From an uncultured delta proteobacterium (GTDB taxonomy: Bacteria > Desulfobacterota > Syntrophia > Syntrophales > UBA5619), in assembly GCA_963817385.1 (NCBI GenBank), contig CAWFOM010000008.1:64001-128000 (forward strand): a stretch of DNA of 64,000 nt, read 5' to 3'. The notes beneath the pieces were generated by a model. The model did not search any database. It saw only the letters and a program-made list of their open reading frames with translations, and had not been told where the DNA came from. Every line of letters begins with the position of its first letter. The first letter of the stretch is position 1. Below are positions 43,743-52,930 of the stretch, in pieces. Both the position numbers and the translations under genes were made by a program.

Positions 43743-46187
43743 ATGTGCATCGGAAAACGCAGTTTCTGGTCTCTTGTCTGTTCACTTGGCATCTCCCTGT
43801 ATCTGATGACCCCGATGGCCTTTGCAGGTGAAGCGGATATCAAGCTCCCCGATCTGTCGCAGATCAGCTTCATGGGCGGTTCTCTCGGCGGGTTGACGAT
43901 TCTGAACCTCGGTCTCATCATCTGTGCAATCGGGATGATTTTCGGCTGGCGGCAGTATGTCCAGACGAAGAATCTGCCCGCGCATCAATCCATGCTGGAC
44001 GTCTCCAACACGATCTGGGAGACCTGCAAGACCTATCTTTTTCAACAGGGGAAATTCCTCGCCGGCCTCTGGGTCCTGATCGCCATCTGCATCGTCTACT
44101 ATTTTGTCGGGCTCCAGGGGAACACGGCGGGCGCCGTGATGATGATCCTCTTCTGTTCCGTCATGGGAATCCTCGGCTCCTACGGGGTTGCCTGGTTCGG
44201 CATCCGGATCAACACGGTGGCCAACTCCCGGGCGGCATTCGCCTCCCTGAGCGGCAATCCCCTCAGCATGGTGAATATCTGTCTCCGCTCCGGGATGAGC
44301 GTCGGCCTCCTCCTGGTCAGTATCGAGCTCTTCTTCATGATCCTGATTCTCGCCTATATCCCCAAGGATCTGGCCGGCCCCTGCTTTATCGGCTTTGCCA
44401 TCGGCGAGTCCCTCGGCGCCAGCGCCCTGCGCATCTGCGGCGGCATATTCACCAAGATCGCCGATATCGGCTCCGACCTGATGAAGATCATCTTCCATCT
44501 TCCGGAAGACGATCCGAAAAACCCCGGCGTCATCGCGGACTGCACGGGCGACAACGCGGGCGACAGCGTCGGCCCCACGGCGGACGGCTTCGAAACCTAC
44601 GGCGTCACGGGCGTGGCCCTGATCGCCTTTCTCGCCCTGGCGATGGCCGCGAATCCCGCCATGGGAGGCAAACTGATCGTCTGGATCTTCGCCATGCGCA
44701 TCCTGATGATCATCACCTCGCTCGCCTCCTATTTCATCAACGACGTGGTGAGCGCATCCCTGTTCACCGGCAACAAGGAATTCGACTTTGAACACCCGCT
44801 GACGAATCTGGTCTGGATCACCTCCGGCGTATCGATCATCGTCACCTTCATCGCCAGCTACCTCCTGCTGGGCGATCTGCCCGCGATGGGAGGATCGCTC
44901 TCCGCCTGGCTGGCCCTCTCCATCATTATCAGCTGCGGGACTATTGCGGGCGCGTTGATCCCGGAATTCACCAAGGTTTTTACGAGCACCAACTCCCGTC
45001 ACTGCGAAGAGGTCGTCAACGCCTCCCGGCAGGGTGGCGCATCCCTGAACATCCTCTCGGGTCTCGTCGCCGGAAATTTTTCCGCCTTCTGGGAGGGGCT
45101 CACGATCCTCGTCCTGATGCTGATCGCCTATCTGGTTTCCCAGAGCGGATCCGTCCTGGCTCTGATGCCAAAGGAATTTCTCTTTGCCGCCCCGGTCTTC
45201 GCCTTCGGCCTCGTCGCCTTCGGTTTTCTCGGGATGGGACCGGTCACGATAGCCGTGGACAGCTTCGGTCCGGTATCGGATAACGCCCAGTCCATCTATG
45301 AACTCTCCATGATCGAGAGCCGCCCGGACGCCAGGGAAGTGGTTAAGAAGCACTTCGGCGTGGAAACGGATTTCGAAAAGGCCAAACACTATCTCGAGTC
45401 CGCCGATGGCGCGGGCAACACCTTCAAGGCCACCGCCAAACCGGTCCTCATCGGCACCGCCGTTGTCGGCGCCACGACGATGGTCTTCGGGATCATCATC
45501 CTGCTGGAGCGCCTCTTCGGCAACGTCGTCGCCAAGCTCAGTCTCGTACAGCCGGAGATCATCCTCGGCCTCCTCATGGGAGGCTGCGTAATCTACTGGT
45601 TCACCGGCGCATCCATACAGGCGGTGGTGACGGGTTCCTACCAAGCCGTTGTCTACATCAAGAACCATATCAAACTGGACAAGAAAGAGGCCTCCCTCGC
45701 CGACAGCAAGGAGGTCGTCAAGATATGTACCATGTACGCCCAGAAAGGGATGATTAACATCTTCGTCGTTATCTTCTTTATGGCCCTGGCGCTCGCCTTT
45801 TTTAACCCCTACTTCTTCATCGGTTATCTCGTCGGCATTGCCTTCTTCGGCCTGTTCCAGGCGATTTTCATGGCCAATGCAGGCGGCTGCTGGGATAACG
45901 GCAAGAAGATCGTGGAGGTGGATCTGAAGCAGAAGAACACGCCTCTGCACGAGGCGACCGTCGTCGGCGACACCGTCGGCGACCCGTTCAAGGATACATC
46001 GTCGGTCTCCTTGAATCCTGTAATCAAGTTCACCACGCTCTTCGGACTTCTCGCCGTGGAGATCGCCGTAACCATGCAGAATGCCGGGTTGAAGCTCGGC
46101 ATGGCATCGCTCTTCTTTATCATCGCGCTTGTCTTTGTTTACCGTTCCTTCTATGGGATGAGGATACCGGCCGGCGATAAACTGTAG
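43743..46187 (+). CDS. hppA: Membrane-bound ion-translocating pyrophosphatase, divergent subfamily
   Basis: GGIFTKIADIGSDLMK, PEDDPKNPGVIADCTGDNAGD, GNTFKA, GDTVGDPFKDT; many TM helices. Confidence 0.93.
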   Translation: MCIGKRSFWSLVCSLGISLYLMTPMAFAGEADIKLPDLSQISFMGGSLGGLTILNLGLIICAIGMIFGWRQYVQTKNLPAHQSMLDVSNTIWETCKTYLFQQGKFLAGLWVLIAICIVYYFVGLQGNTAGAVMMILFCSVMGILGSYGVAWFGIRINTVANSRAAFASLSGNPLSMVNICLRSGMSVGLLLVSIELFFMILILAYIPKDLAGPCFIGFAIGESLGASALRICGGIFTKIADIGSDLMKIIFHLPEDDPKNPGVIADCTGDNAGDSVGPTADGFETYGVTGVALIAFLALAMAANPAMGGKLIVWIFAMRILMIITSLASYFINDVVSASLFTGNKEFDFEHPLTNLVWITSGVSIIVTFIASYLLLGDLPAMGGSLSAWLALSIIISCGTIAGALIPEFTKVFTSTNSRHCEEVVNASRQGGASLNILSGLVAGNFSAFWEGLTILVLMLIAYLVSQSGSVLALMPKEFLFAAPVFAFGLVAFGFLGMGPVTIAVDSFGPVSDNAQSIYELSMIESRPDAREVVKKHFGVETDFEKAKHYLESADGAGNTFKATAKPVLIGTAVVGATTMVFGIIILLERLFGNVVAKLSLVQPEIILGLLMGGCVIYWFTGASIQAVVTGSYQAVVYIKNHIKLDKKEASLADSKEVVKICTMYAQKGMINIFVVIFFMALALAFFNPYFFIGYLVGIAFFGLFQAIFMANAGGCWDNGKKIVEVDLKQKNTPLHEATVVGDTVGDPFKDTSSVSLNPVIKFTTLFGLLAVEIAVTMQNAGLKLGMASLFFIIALVFVYRSFYGMRIPAGDKL

Positions 46188-46211
46188 GATGTCTTGAGAT
46201 TAGCTAATGAC

Positions 46212-46300
46212 AGCAGGGCGTTCCGGCCCCAGTACCCGGTACGCCCTGCTTCCCCTGCAGAGCGCAATGCATTGAGGCTCTCCGCGGCGAACCGCGGAGA
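46212..46300. terminator. Two GC-rich hairpins downstream of hppA
   Basis: AGCAGGGCGT/ACGCCCTGCT (46212-46250) and TCTCCGCGG-CGAA-CCGCGGAGA (46279-46300). Confidence 0.5.
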
Positions 46301-46328
46301 ATCTCCGCTCCTGAAGCCATTTTCAGAC

Positions 46329-46794
46329 AAAAAAATGGTGGATGGAAAAGGAGGGAACCTAAAAACCATCCACCATTATAAAACTGAAAGGTTTTCCTGT
46401 ACCACGCCACCTTTCAGATTTTTATTGTCGAATACGCGAACCACCCACCGATACTGCAAATCAACGACGTCCAGTCGGCAGGATCAATCGGAGAGAAAAA
46501 AAGTCGTGCTCTTGTTTCGGCCGCTCTTCTTTTTCGCCTTTTCCGTATGATCAGCAGGAATCACTTCCGGTCTGTCGCCTCCGTCCGGGGTTACGAAAAA
46601 ATCATACTCCTGAATCCGGTGCCGTTTGAGATTTGCCTCTCCTTCCTTCCTGCTTTGCGAATTCCCCTTCCGCTTTTCTCCTTTCATACACGGGTCCGTT
46701 CCTATTTTATCAGCCGACGGCTGTATAGAATCCCTTTACAAAATTCCCCTCGATCCCGCGGATATCCATCGGACACACATCGTTTTGCCGGTTG
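46329..46794 (-). ncRNA. Candidate sigma54-dependent GGA-rich small RNA
   Basis: Begins just downstream of a -24/-12 promoter; 18 GGA in 46542-46767; ends in two hairpins and a U7 tract. Confidence 0.45.
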
Positions 46795-46804
46795 CTCAAA
46801 ATAG

Positions 46805-46820
46805 TGCAATAGCAATGCCA
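46805..46820 (-). promoter_or_regulatory. Sigma54 (-24/-12) promoter
   Basis: TGGCATTGCTATTGCA matches TGGCA-N6-TTGCW with exact GG-N10-GC spacing. Confidence 0.75.
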
Positions 46821-47050
46821 ATTCCGTGAATCTCTCTGTTCTTCACGATTCCGGGAAAAAGTAAGATCAATAAGACCAGGATATCTTATATATACGTGAT
46901 ATCTTCGAGGATGCATCTGTCAAGCGCGACGGGAATTGCCGCCATAAGGAAATGATTTTGCAAAGGCGACAGGACAGGCACGTGCCCATACCGCACAGAA
47001 CCTCCCTGCCAATTCGAAGAAACTCAAGAGCTCTTTGAATCGGGAAAGAA

Positions 47051-47087
47051 TGTGCGTCAAGTGCACATAACGTGCAGAATAAGCACG
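47051..47087. promoter_or_regulatory. Tandem palindromic sites, putative upstream activator sequences
   Basis: TGTGC-N7-GCACA (47051-47067) and CGTGC-N7-GCACG (47071-47087), 20 bp apart. Confidence 0.55.
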
Positions 47088-47103
47088 GCGTATTGATGGA
47101 TAA

Positions 47104-49239
47104 TTATTTGTCGCGGTTGTTAATTTTCTTCTGCTCCCGAATCAGCTTGTAGCGGGAAATTCCCAAGCGCCTCGCTGCCTCGGTCTTGTTCCCCCGGCTC
47201 ATCTCCAGGGTATTTTCGATAATCTTCCGCTTGATGTCACTGGTAATCCTCTCCGTAACCAGGGTAAAATCGATTCCCTCGGTGGAAAGCTGCGGCAGTA
47301 TGTTGTCTATCTGAATCCTGAGTCTCTCCTGATTCGTGGTAGCTCTCATCTCCGCCGGCAGACTTTCTGCGGTTATCATCGTCCCGTCGTTGTGCAGGAT
47401 CATGATCCGCTCGATGATGTTCTTGAGTTCGCGGACGTTGCCGGGCCAATGGTACGCGGTGAGAATATGTTCCGCATCCTCCGTAAAACCCTTCACCTTC
47501 TTCATGAATTTCTTGTTAAACTCTTCAAGATAGTAACGGGCGAGGAGCAGGAGGTCGTCAATCCGATCCCTGAGCGGCGGGATCACGATCGGGACGACGC
47601 TGATCCGATAGTAGAGATCCTCGCGAAAAGTTCCTTCCGCGACCATCCGGTTGAGGTCCCTGTTGGTCGAAAAGATGAAACGGACGTCGATGGGGATGTT
47701 GTCGTTGCCCCCCAGACGCCGGATATGGCCGTCCTCCAGCATGCGGAGAAACTTGGCCTGGATATGAATGCCCATGTCACCGATCTCGTCAAGGAGCATC
47801 GTACCGCCATTCGCATGCTCGAGGAGGCCGAGCTTCCTCTTTCGCGCATCGGTGAACGCACCCGCCTCATACCCGAAAAGTTCGCTCTCCAGCAGTGTGC
47901 CGGGAATGGCCGCACAGTTGACATCGACAAAAGGCCGGTTGCTCCGGTTGCCCTGCCGGTGTATCGCACGGGCTATCAGCTCCTTCCCCGTTCCGCTTTC
48001 CCCTTGAATCAGGATGTTGGTGTTGTGTCCCGCTACCTCCTCGATGACATGAAACAGGCTGAGCATCTTCTTCGATTTCCCGAGAATATTGTGAAAGCCC
48101 AAGAGAATGTCCTCGCGCTCTTTGAGTTTTTCCACTTCCGTCTTGAGCGATTTCGCCTCCAGGGAAAGCCGGGAATGGAGGATGGCATTGTCATAAGAAG
48201 TAGCGGTGTTCTTTACCAGAATATCGAGGACGTGGATCTGATCCTGAGAATAACTTCCCGTCTTCTTGGCCAGATAGAGCGCCCCTTTGAACTTGTCCTT
48301 GACGGTGAGGGGAAGGGCGATTTCCGACAGGTAGCCCGGAAAGACGGGCTGAGTGGATGTCGGTCCGGCGGAGGCCTGACGGGTGATGATCGTATTGGTG
48401 TCGTTCGCCTCCCGGATGATCGTGCGGCCGAACCTCTCCTCACAGGTCCCGCGGTCATCGATGGAAACCTTTCCTCCGTCGTTCACCAAACAGCGGTTCT
48501 TCTCAATATCCAGGAAATAGACCAGGACCTTCTCTGATCGGGTGACCAACAGCGCGCTCTTGACAAGGATCTCCAGGATATGGTCATCCAGGACATGACT
48601 CACATTCATTTCGGAGACGGCGTCCTGAAGGATCGTGAGCTGCCTGATCTTCTCGGCATTGGCCTCGAAAAGACGCAAATTGTAGATGATGATGCTCAGG
48701 GTGTTGGCATACGTGATAAAGAGGCTGATCTCCTCAGGAAAGAACTTGGTCTCCTCCTTAAACCAGGCGGCGATGATTCCGATCACCTCTTCTCCGATCT
48801 TCAGGGGGGCGCAGAAATAGGAACCGCGGTCATAGATCTTCGTCAGCATCCGGTCGGTTTCGGTCATCCGGGGATCGGTGGCGGTGACCTCAACGGCGAT
48901 CGGCTGGCCGGATTTGGCGACCTTGGTGGCGATGCAGTCGTGTTCGTGGATGTTGAGGGCCACGGCGAAGACCCTCTGCTCCTCCTCGGGGGTGTAATTT
49001 TTCACGACCTTGGCTTCGAGATTCTGGCGGCTGTCGTCAAACAGGCGGATGATCCCCTTGTCAAAGCCGATGCTGTCGACCACCTCATCGAGAATCTTTA
49101 CCAGGATTTCATCGACGTTGGAGGGAGCGGTCAAAAAAGAGCTCAGACGGAAGATGCTTTGGAGCAGCTTATCCTTGTCTAAGAGCAGAATTGAAGAAAC
49201 CCTCGACCGGACATCCATGACGTTTGGTGCTTCGTCCAT
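47104..49239 (-). CDS. Sigma54-dependent enhancer-binding protein (GAF-GAF-AAA+-Fis HTH)
   Basis: GESGTGKE, ESELFGYEAGAFTDA, LLDEIGD, WPGNVREL, GNKTEAARRLGISR; two N-terminal GAF-like domains. Confidence 0.93.
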   Translation of the reverse strand: MDEAPNVMDVRSRVSSILLLDKDKLLQSIFRLSSFLTAPSNVDEILVKILDEVVDSIGFDKGIIRLFDDSRQNLEAKVVKNYTPEEEQRVFAVALNIHEHDCIATKVAKSGQPIAVEVTATDPRMTETDRMLTKIYDRGSYFCAPLKIGEEVIGIIAAWFKEETKFFPEEISLFITYANTLSIIIYNLRLFEANAEKIRQLTILQDAVSEMNVSHVLDDHILEILVKSALLVTRSEKVLVYFLDIEKNRCLVNDGGKVSIDDRGTCEERFGRTIIREANDTNTIITRQASAGPTSTQPVFPGYLSEIALPLTVKDKFKGALYLAKKTGSYSQDQIHVLDILVKNTATSYDNAILHSRLSLEAKSLKTEVEKLKEREDILLGFHNILGKSKKMLSLFHVIEEVAGHNTNILIQGESGTGKELIARAIHRQGNRSNRPFVDVNCAAIPGTLLESELFGYEAGAFTDARKRKLGLLEHANGGTMLLDEIGDMGIHIQAKFLRMLEDGHIRRLGGNDNIPIDVRFIFSTNRDLNRMVAEGTFREDLYYRISVVPIVIPPLRDRIDDLLLLARYYLEEFNKKFMKKVKGFTEDAEHILTAYHWPGNVRELKNIIERIMILHNDGTMITAESLPAEMRATTNQERLRIQIDNILPQLSTEGIDFTLVTERITSDIKRKIIENTLEMSRGNKTEAARRLGISRYKLIREQKKINNRDK

Positions 49240-49344
49240 TCAACCATGCCCTTCCCATTTTTTTTCTTTACCAGCCCCGATTTTTCAGGATTCGCGAAGG
49301 ATGATGCTGGGGGCTGTGGTCAGCTAGATCGTATCTTCATCTCG

Positions 49345-51375
49345 TTAGGTTTTGTCGTAGGTAAAAAACTGCATCGTAAAGACTGCCCTTCCCTGCGTAG
49401 CCGAACGGAGGTCCGTAGAATACCCGAACATCGCCTTGAGGGGCACCTTAGCTTTGATCTCGCTGATCAATCCCTTGGGGACGATTGCCTGGATCTCCCC
49501 CCGGCGGGCATTGATATCGCCGATGACCTCCCCCATGAATTCGGTCGGGGTCATCACATCAACCATCATGATCGGCTCCAGCAGGGCGGGATCCGCCTTC
49601 AGACATCCGTCCCGGAAGGCGGATGCGGCCGCGATCTTGGAACCGAGCACTGTAGACTCCCCCTCCTTCATCTCCACACCGAGAATGACGATCCGGATGT
49701 CGATCACCGGATAGCCCGCCAAAACACCGCTCAGGAGCGCCTCGCGGATTCCCTCCTCACTGGCTGCCAGGAACTCTTCGGGGATGGCCGCCGCCGGCTG
49801 GCGGATGATCTCGATTCCGCCTCCCCGGTCCTTCGGTTCCAGGAGGAGTTTCACCCGGCCGAAATGCTTCTTTTCTCCAAGCTCCCTCTCGAACAGTCCC
49901 TCGCTTTCCACGCGTTTCTGGATCGTTTCACGGTGGACGACCCGCGGCTTGCCGACGTTCACCCGCGCGTTGAACTCTCTGAGAAGCCGGTCGGTGATGA
50001 TCTCAAGGTGGAGCTCCCCCATGCCGGAGATGACCGTCTGAGCGGTCTCGTCTTCATATTTAACCCGGAGGGTCGGGTCTTCCTCCATCAGCTTGTTCAG
50101 AGCGACTGCAAGCTTCTCCTGGTCGGCCGGCGTCTTGGCCTCGATCGCCAGGCTGATGACCGGTTCATAGAATTCGATCGACTCGAGAAGAATGGGGTGG
50201 GCTTCATCGCAAATCGTATCGCCGGTGGTGATCTCCTTGAAGCCCATGACGGCGATGATTTCTCCGGCGCTCGCCTGTTCGACCCGCTCCCGCTTGTTTG
50301 CATGCATCTTCAGGAGCCGGGCGATCTTCTCCTTCCTGCCGCGGCTTGCATTATAGAGCTCGTCTCCTGTTTTAATGCGTCCCGAGTAGATCCGCAGATA
50401 AGTCAGCTTCCTCCCCTCATCCTGCATGATTTTGAACGCCAGGGCAGCCAGGGGTTCCTTATCGCTGCTCGTCCGGGTCTCCGCCTGTTTCGTCAGGGGG
50501 TTGATGCCCTTCACGGGCGGGATCTCTTCCGGCGAGGGGAGAAAACGGACGACCGCATCGAGAACCGGCTGGACCCCTTTGTTCCTGAGGGCCGAGCCGC
50601 ACATGACCGGGACCATCTTGAGGGCGATCGTCGCCTTGCGGATGGCCGCAATGATCTCCTCCATGGAAATCTCCACCCCGTCCAGGTATTTCTCGGCGAT
50701 CGCGTCATCCACATCGGCGAGCGCGGCGATCATCCGGTCCCGCTGCTCCCGGGCCGATGACCGGATCTCCGCCGGCATCTCCCCGTACTGATAAGAGAGC
50801 CCCTTGGTGCTCTCATCCCAGGTGACGAGCTCCTGCCGGATCAGGTCCACGACTCCTCTAAACGCATCCCCCTCTCCGAAGGGTATCTGGATCGGCAGCG
50901 GCACCGAATTGAAGCGCTCCCGCATCATCGCGATCGTCCCGGCATAATTCGCCCCGATGCGGTCCATCTTGTTGATGAACGATACCTTGGGAACGCAGTA
51001 CTTGTCGGCCTGGTGCCAGACGGTTTCCGACTGCGGTTCTACCCCCGCTACGGCATCAAAAACGACAACCGCCCCGTCAAGGACCCGAAGACTCCGCTCA
51101 ACCTCGATCGTAAAATCGACATGGCCCGGCGTGTCGATAATATGAATCTCATGGTTTTCCCAGGTGCAGGTGGTCACCGCCGAGGTTATGGTGATCCCCC
51201 GCTCTTGTTCCTGCGGCATCCAGTCCATCACGGCCTCGCCGTCGTGGACCTCTCCCATCTTGTAGGATTTCCCCGTGTAGAAGAGGATCCGCTCCGAAAC
51301 CGTCGTCTTGCCGGCGTCGATGTGCGCGATGATTCCGATATTTCTCGTGCGTGACAGCTTGGATTTGGAGGCCAT
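49345..51375 (-). CDS. fusA: Elongation factor G paralogue with divergent domain IV
   Basis: RNIGIIAHIDAGKTT, ERGITI, DTPGHVDF, GMGELHLE, FGYSTDLRSATQGRA; not in the str operon. Confidence 0.9.
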   Translation of the reverse strand: MASKSKLSRTRNIGIIAHIDAGKTTVSERILFYTGKSYKMGEVHDGEAVMDWMPQEQERGITITSAVTTCTWENHEIHIIDTPGHVDFTIEVERSLRVLDGAVVVFDAVAGVEPQSETVWHQADKYCVPKVSFINKMDRIGANYAGTIAMMRERFNSVPLPIQIPFGEGDAFRGVVDLIRQELVTWDESTKGLSYQYGEMPAEIRSSAREQRDRMIAALADVDDAIAEKYLDGVEISMEEIIAAIRKATIALKMVPVMCGSALRNKGVQPVLDAVVRFLPSPEEIPPVKGINPLTKQAETRTSSDKEPLAALAFKIMQDEGRKLTYLRIYSGRIKTGDELYNASRGRKEKIARLLKMHANKRERVEQASAGEIIAVMGFKEITTGDTICDEAHPILLESIEFYEPVISLAIEAKTPADQEKLAVALNKLMEEDPTLRVKYEDETAQTVISGMGELHLEIITDRLLREFNARVNVGKPRVVHRETIQKRVESEGLFERELGEKKHFGRVKLLLEPKDRGGGIEIIRQPAAAIPEEFLAASEEGIREALLSGVLAGYPVIDIRIVILGVEMKEGESTVLGSKIAAASAFRDGCLKADPALLEPIMMVDVMTPTEFMGEVIGDINARRGEIQAIVPKGLISEIKAKVPLKAMFGYSTDLRSATQGRAVFTMQFFTYDKT

Positions 51376-51401
51376 AGAGATTCACCGCAGGATAACGCCC
51401 G

Positions 51402-52034
51402 TCATCCCTCCTTCGGCGGCGCCGCCGGCGCAATCAGTTCCCGATTCATGGTAAAGGGATTCTTCAATCCGATATGTCCCTTGAGCGAATCGCGTTCCTT
51501 GCCCGCGATCAGGATCTTGACCTTCTTAATCAGCGGTATATTGGCGGTCAGGGTATTGGTCAGGGAATAGAGCGTGGCCATTTCCGCAGCGCTTCCTCCG
51601 GGGTGATTTGCCGGCAGACTCTCGCGGAAGTTGATCAGGAGCGTGTCTTCCCCCTCACTCTTGACGCCCTGCAGCTCGGCTTTATCGGGAAACGTATTCA
51701 CCAGGCCCGTCTTGGAACCGGCAAGGAGGGCCTTTACCATTTCCTGCGCCTGCGCCTCCGGCTCTTTCTCTCGGGGGATGAACCGCTTCTCCGGAACGAG
51801 AAACCGTTCATTCGCATCGGAAAAATACAGGGTCACCTCCTGCTTCTCCCGCTTTTTCGCCCCGGTATATTTCCCGGTCGCCGGAGGATAGATATAATCG
51901 AACAGGGTGATAAAGAAGATCGCCAGAAATACGACAGATACCACAACGATGAGGGAGAGCAGCAGAAACCGCCGCTTCTTCTTGGTCTTTTTATGCTTAA
52001 CCTCGTCGGTTCGCCTTTGCTTTTTCGTGGCCAT
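51402..52034 (-). CDS. GerMN-domain membrane protein
   Basis: Basic N-terminus and TM, LYFSD...LVPEKR, HPGGSAAEMATLYSLTNTL, LKGHI. Confidence 0.85.
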   Translation of the reverse strand: MATKKQRRTDEVKHKKTKKKRRFLLLSLIVVVSVVFLAIFFITLFDYIYPPATGKYTGAKKREKQEVTLYFSDANERFLVPEKRFIPREKEPEAQAQEMVKALLAGSKTGLVNTFPDKAELQGVKSEGEDTLLINFRESLPANHPGGSAAEMATLYSLTNTLTANIPLIKKVKILIAGKERDSLKGHIGLKNPFTMNRELIAPAAPPKEG

Positions 52035-52066
52035 GATTGAATCCTTCCCGCTTGCAGAGCTGCGGC

Positions 52067-52095
52067 AATTTAGGGTATTTTCGCGGTAGTGTCAA
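52067..52095 (-). promoter_or_regulatory. Sigma70-type promoter for GerMN-fusA
   Basis: TTGACA-17 nt-TAAATT on the minus strand. Confidence 0.55.
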
Positions 52096-52161
52096 GCAGA
52101 GAACGAACCGGAGGAAGAAACTCGCGAGGAGAAAACGGGATAAACCCCGGCATGACTCCTT

Positions 52162-52929
52162 TTAGGGCGCCATGGTTCTCATCTGTTCTTGCGCCTTCCG
52201 TCCGAATTCTGAATCGGGGGCTAGTTTGGCAGCCGTCCGAAAAGCAGCTATGGCTTCATCCGCCCGGTTCTGCTTTCGATAGCACAGGCCGAGCCAATAG
52301 TGGGATTCGGTAAGTGACGGGGCAAGTTCGATGGATTTCCGGAAATGGCGGATCGCCTCCTCGGTATCGACTTTTGCGAGCCAGACCCTGCCCATCTCCT
52401 TTTCGATAAGCGGCATCAGGATGGTGCCTGGTTCCCGGGAGGCGGCATCGCCGTAATGCTTCAATGCGGCGTCATACTGACCTTTTGCATACTTGGCCCG
52501 CCCCAGGTTATAGAGTGTCGTCGCGGGGGTATCATAGAGAATATTTGCAAGAGCCCTGTTGAAGGAGGCGATCGCATCATCCAGGCGGCCTTTGTCCAGA
52601 TAGATCGCTCCCAAATAATTGTGAACCGAGGAGTCCTCCGGATTGAGGGCGATCGCTCGTTGAAATTCCTCGATGGCCCTCTCATCGAGCCCCTTGCCGT
52701 GATAGGAGATGCCGAGCAGGTAGTGCACCTTCGGATCCTCCGGCGTCAGCCGTTCCGCCTCCAAGAGTTCCTTCACCGCCGAGTTATACTGACCGGAACC
52801 GAGGTAAGCGCTGCCGATATTGATATGATTCCCCGCCTGTTCCTGAAGCCGCGCTTTATTGGCGCAAGCCGCAAGGCCGATCAGCAGCAGCAAAAACAAG
52901 AGATATCTTCCCCGTCTCATATGATCCAT
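52162..52929 (-). CDS. TPR lipoprotein (PilF/PilW/Tgl-like)
   Basis: Lipobox LAAC after a hydrophobic stretch, several TPRs, LYDTP motif. Confidence 0.75.
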   Translation of the reverse strand: MDHMRRGRYLLFLLLLIGLAACANKARLQEQAGNHINIGSAYLGSGQYNSAVKELLEAERLTPEDPKVHYLLGISYHGKGLDERAIEEFQRAIALNPEDSSVHNYLGAIYLDKGRLDDAIASFNRALANILYDTPATTLYNLGRAKYAKGQYDAALKHYGDAASREPGTILMPLIEKEMGRVWLAKVDTEEAIRHFRKSIELAPSLTESHYWLGLCYRKQNRADEAIAAFRTAAKLAPDSEFGRKAQEQMRTMAP

Positions 52930-52930
52930 G

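Noticed and set aside
46484..46687. 67-aa ORF as the protein product of the sigma54 promoter
   Set aside because: Weak SD, no recognisable domain, composition explained by the purine/GGA-rich tract; not fully excluded.
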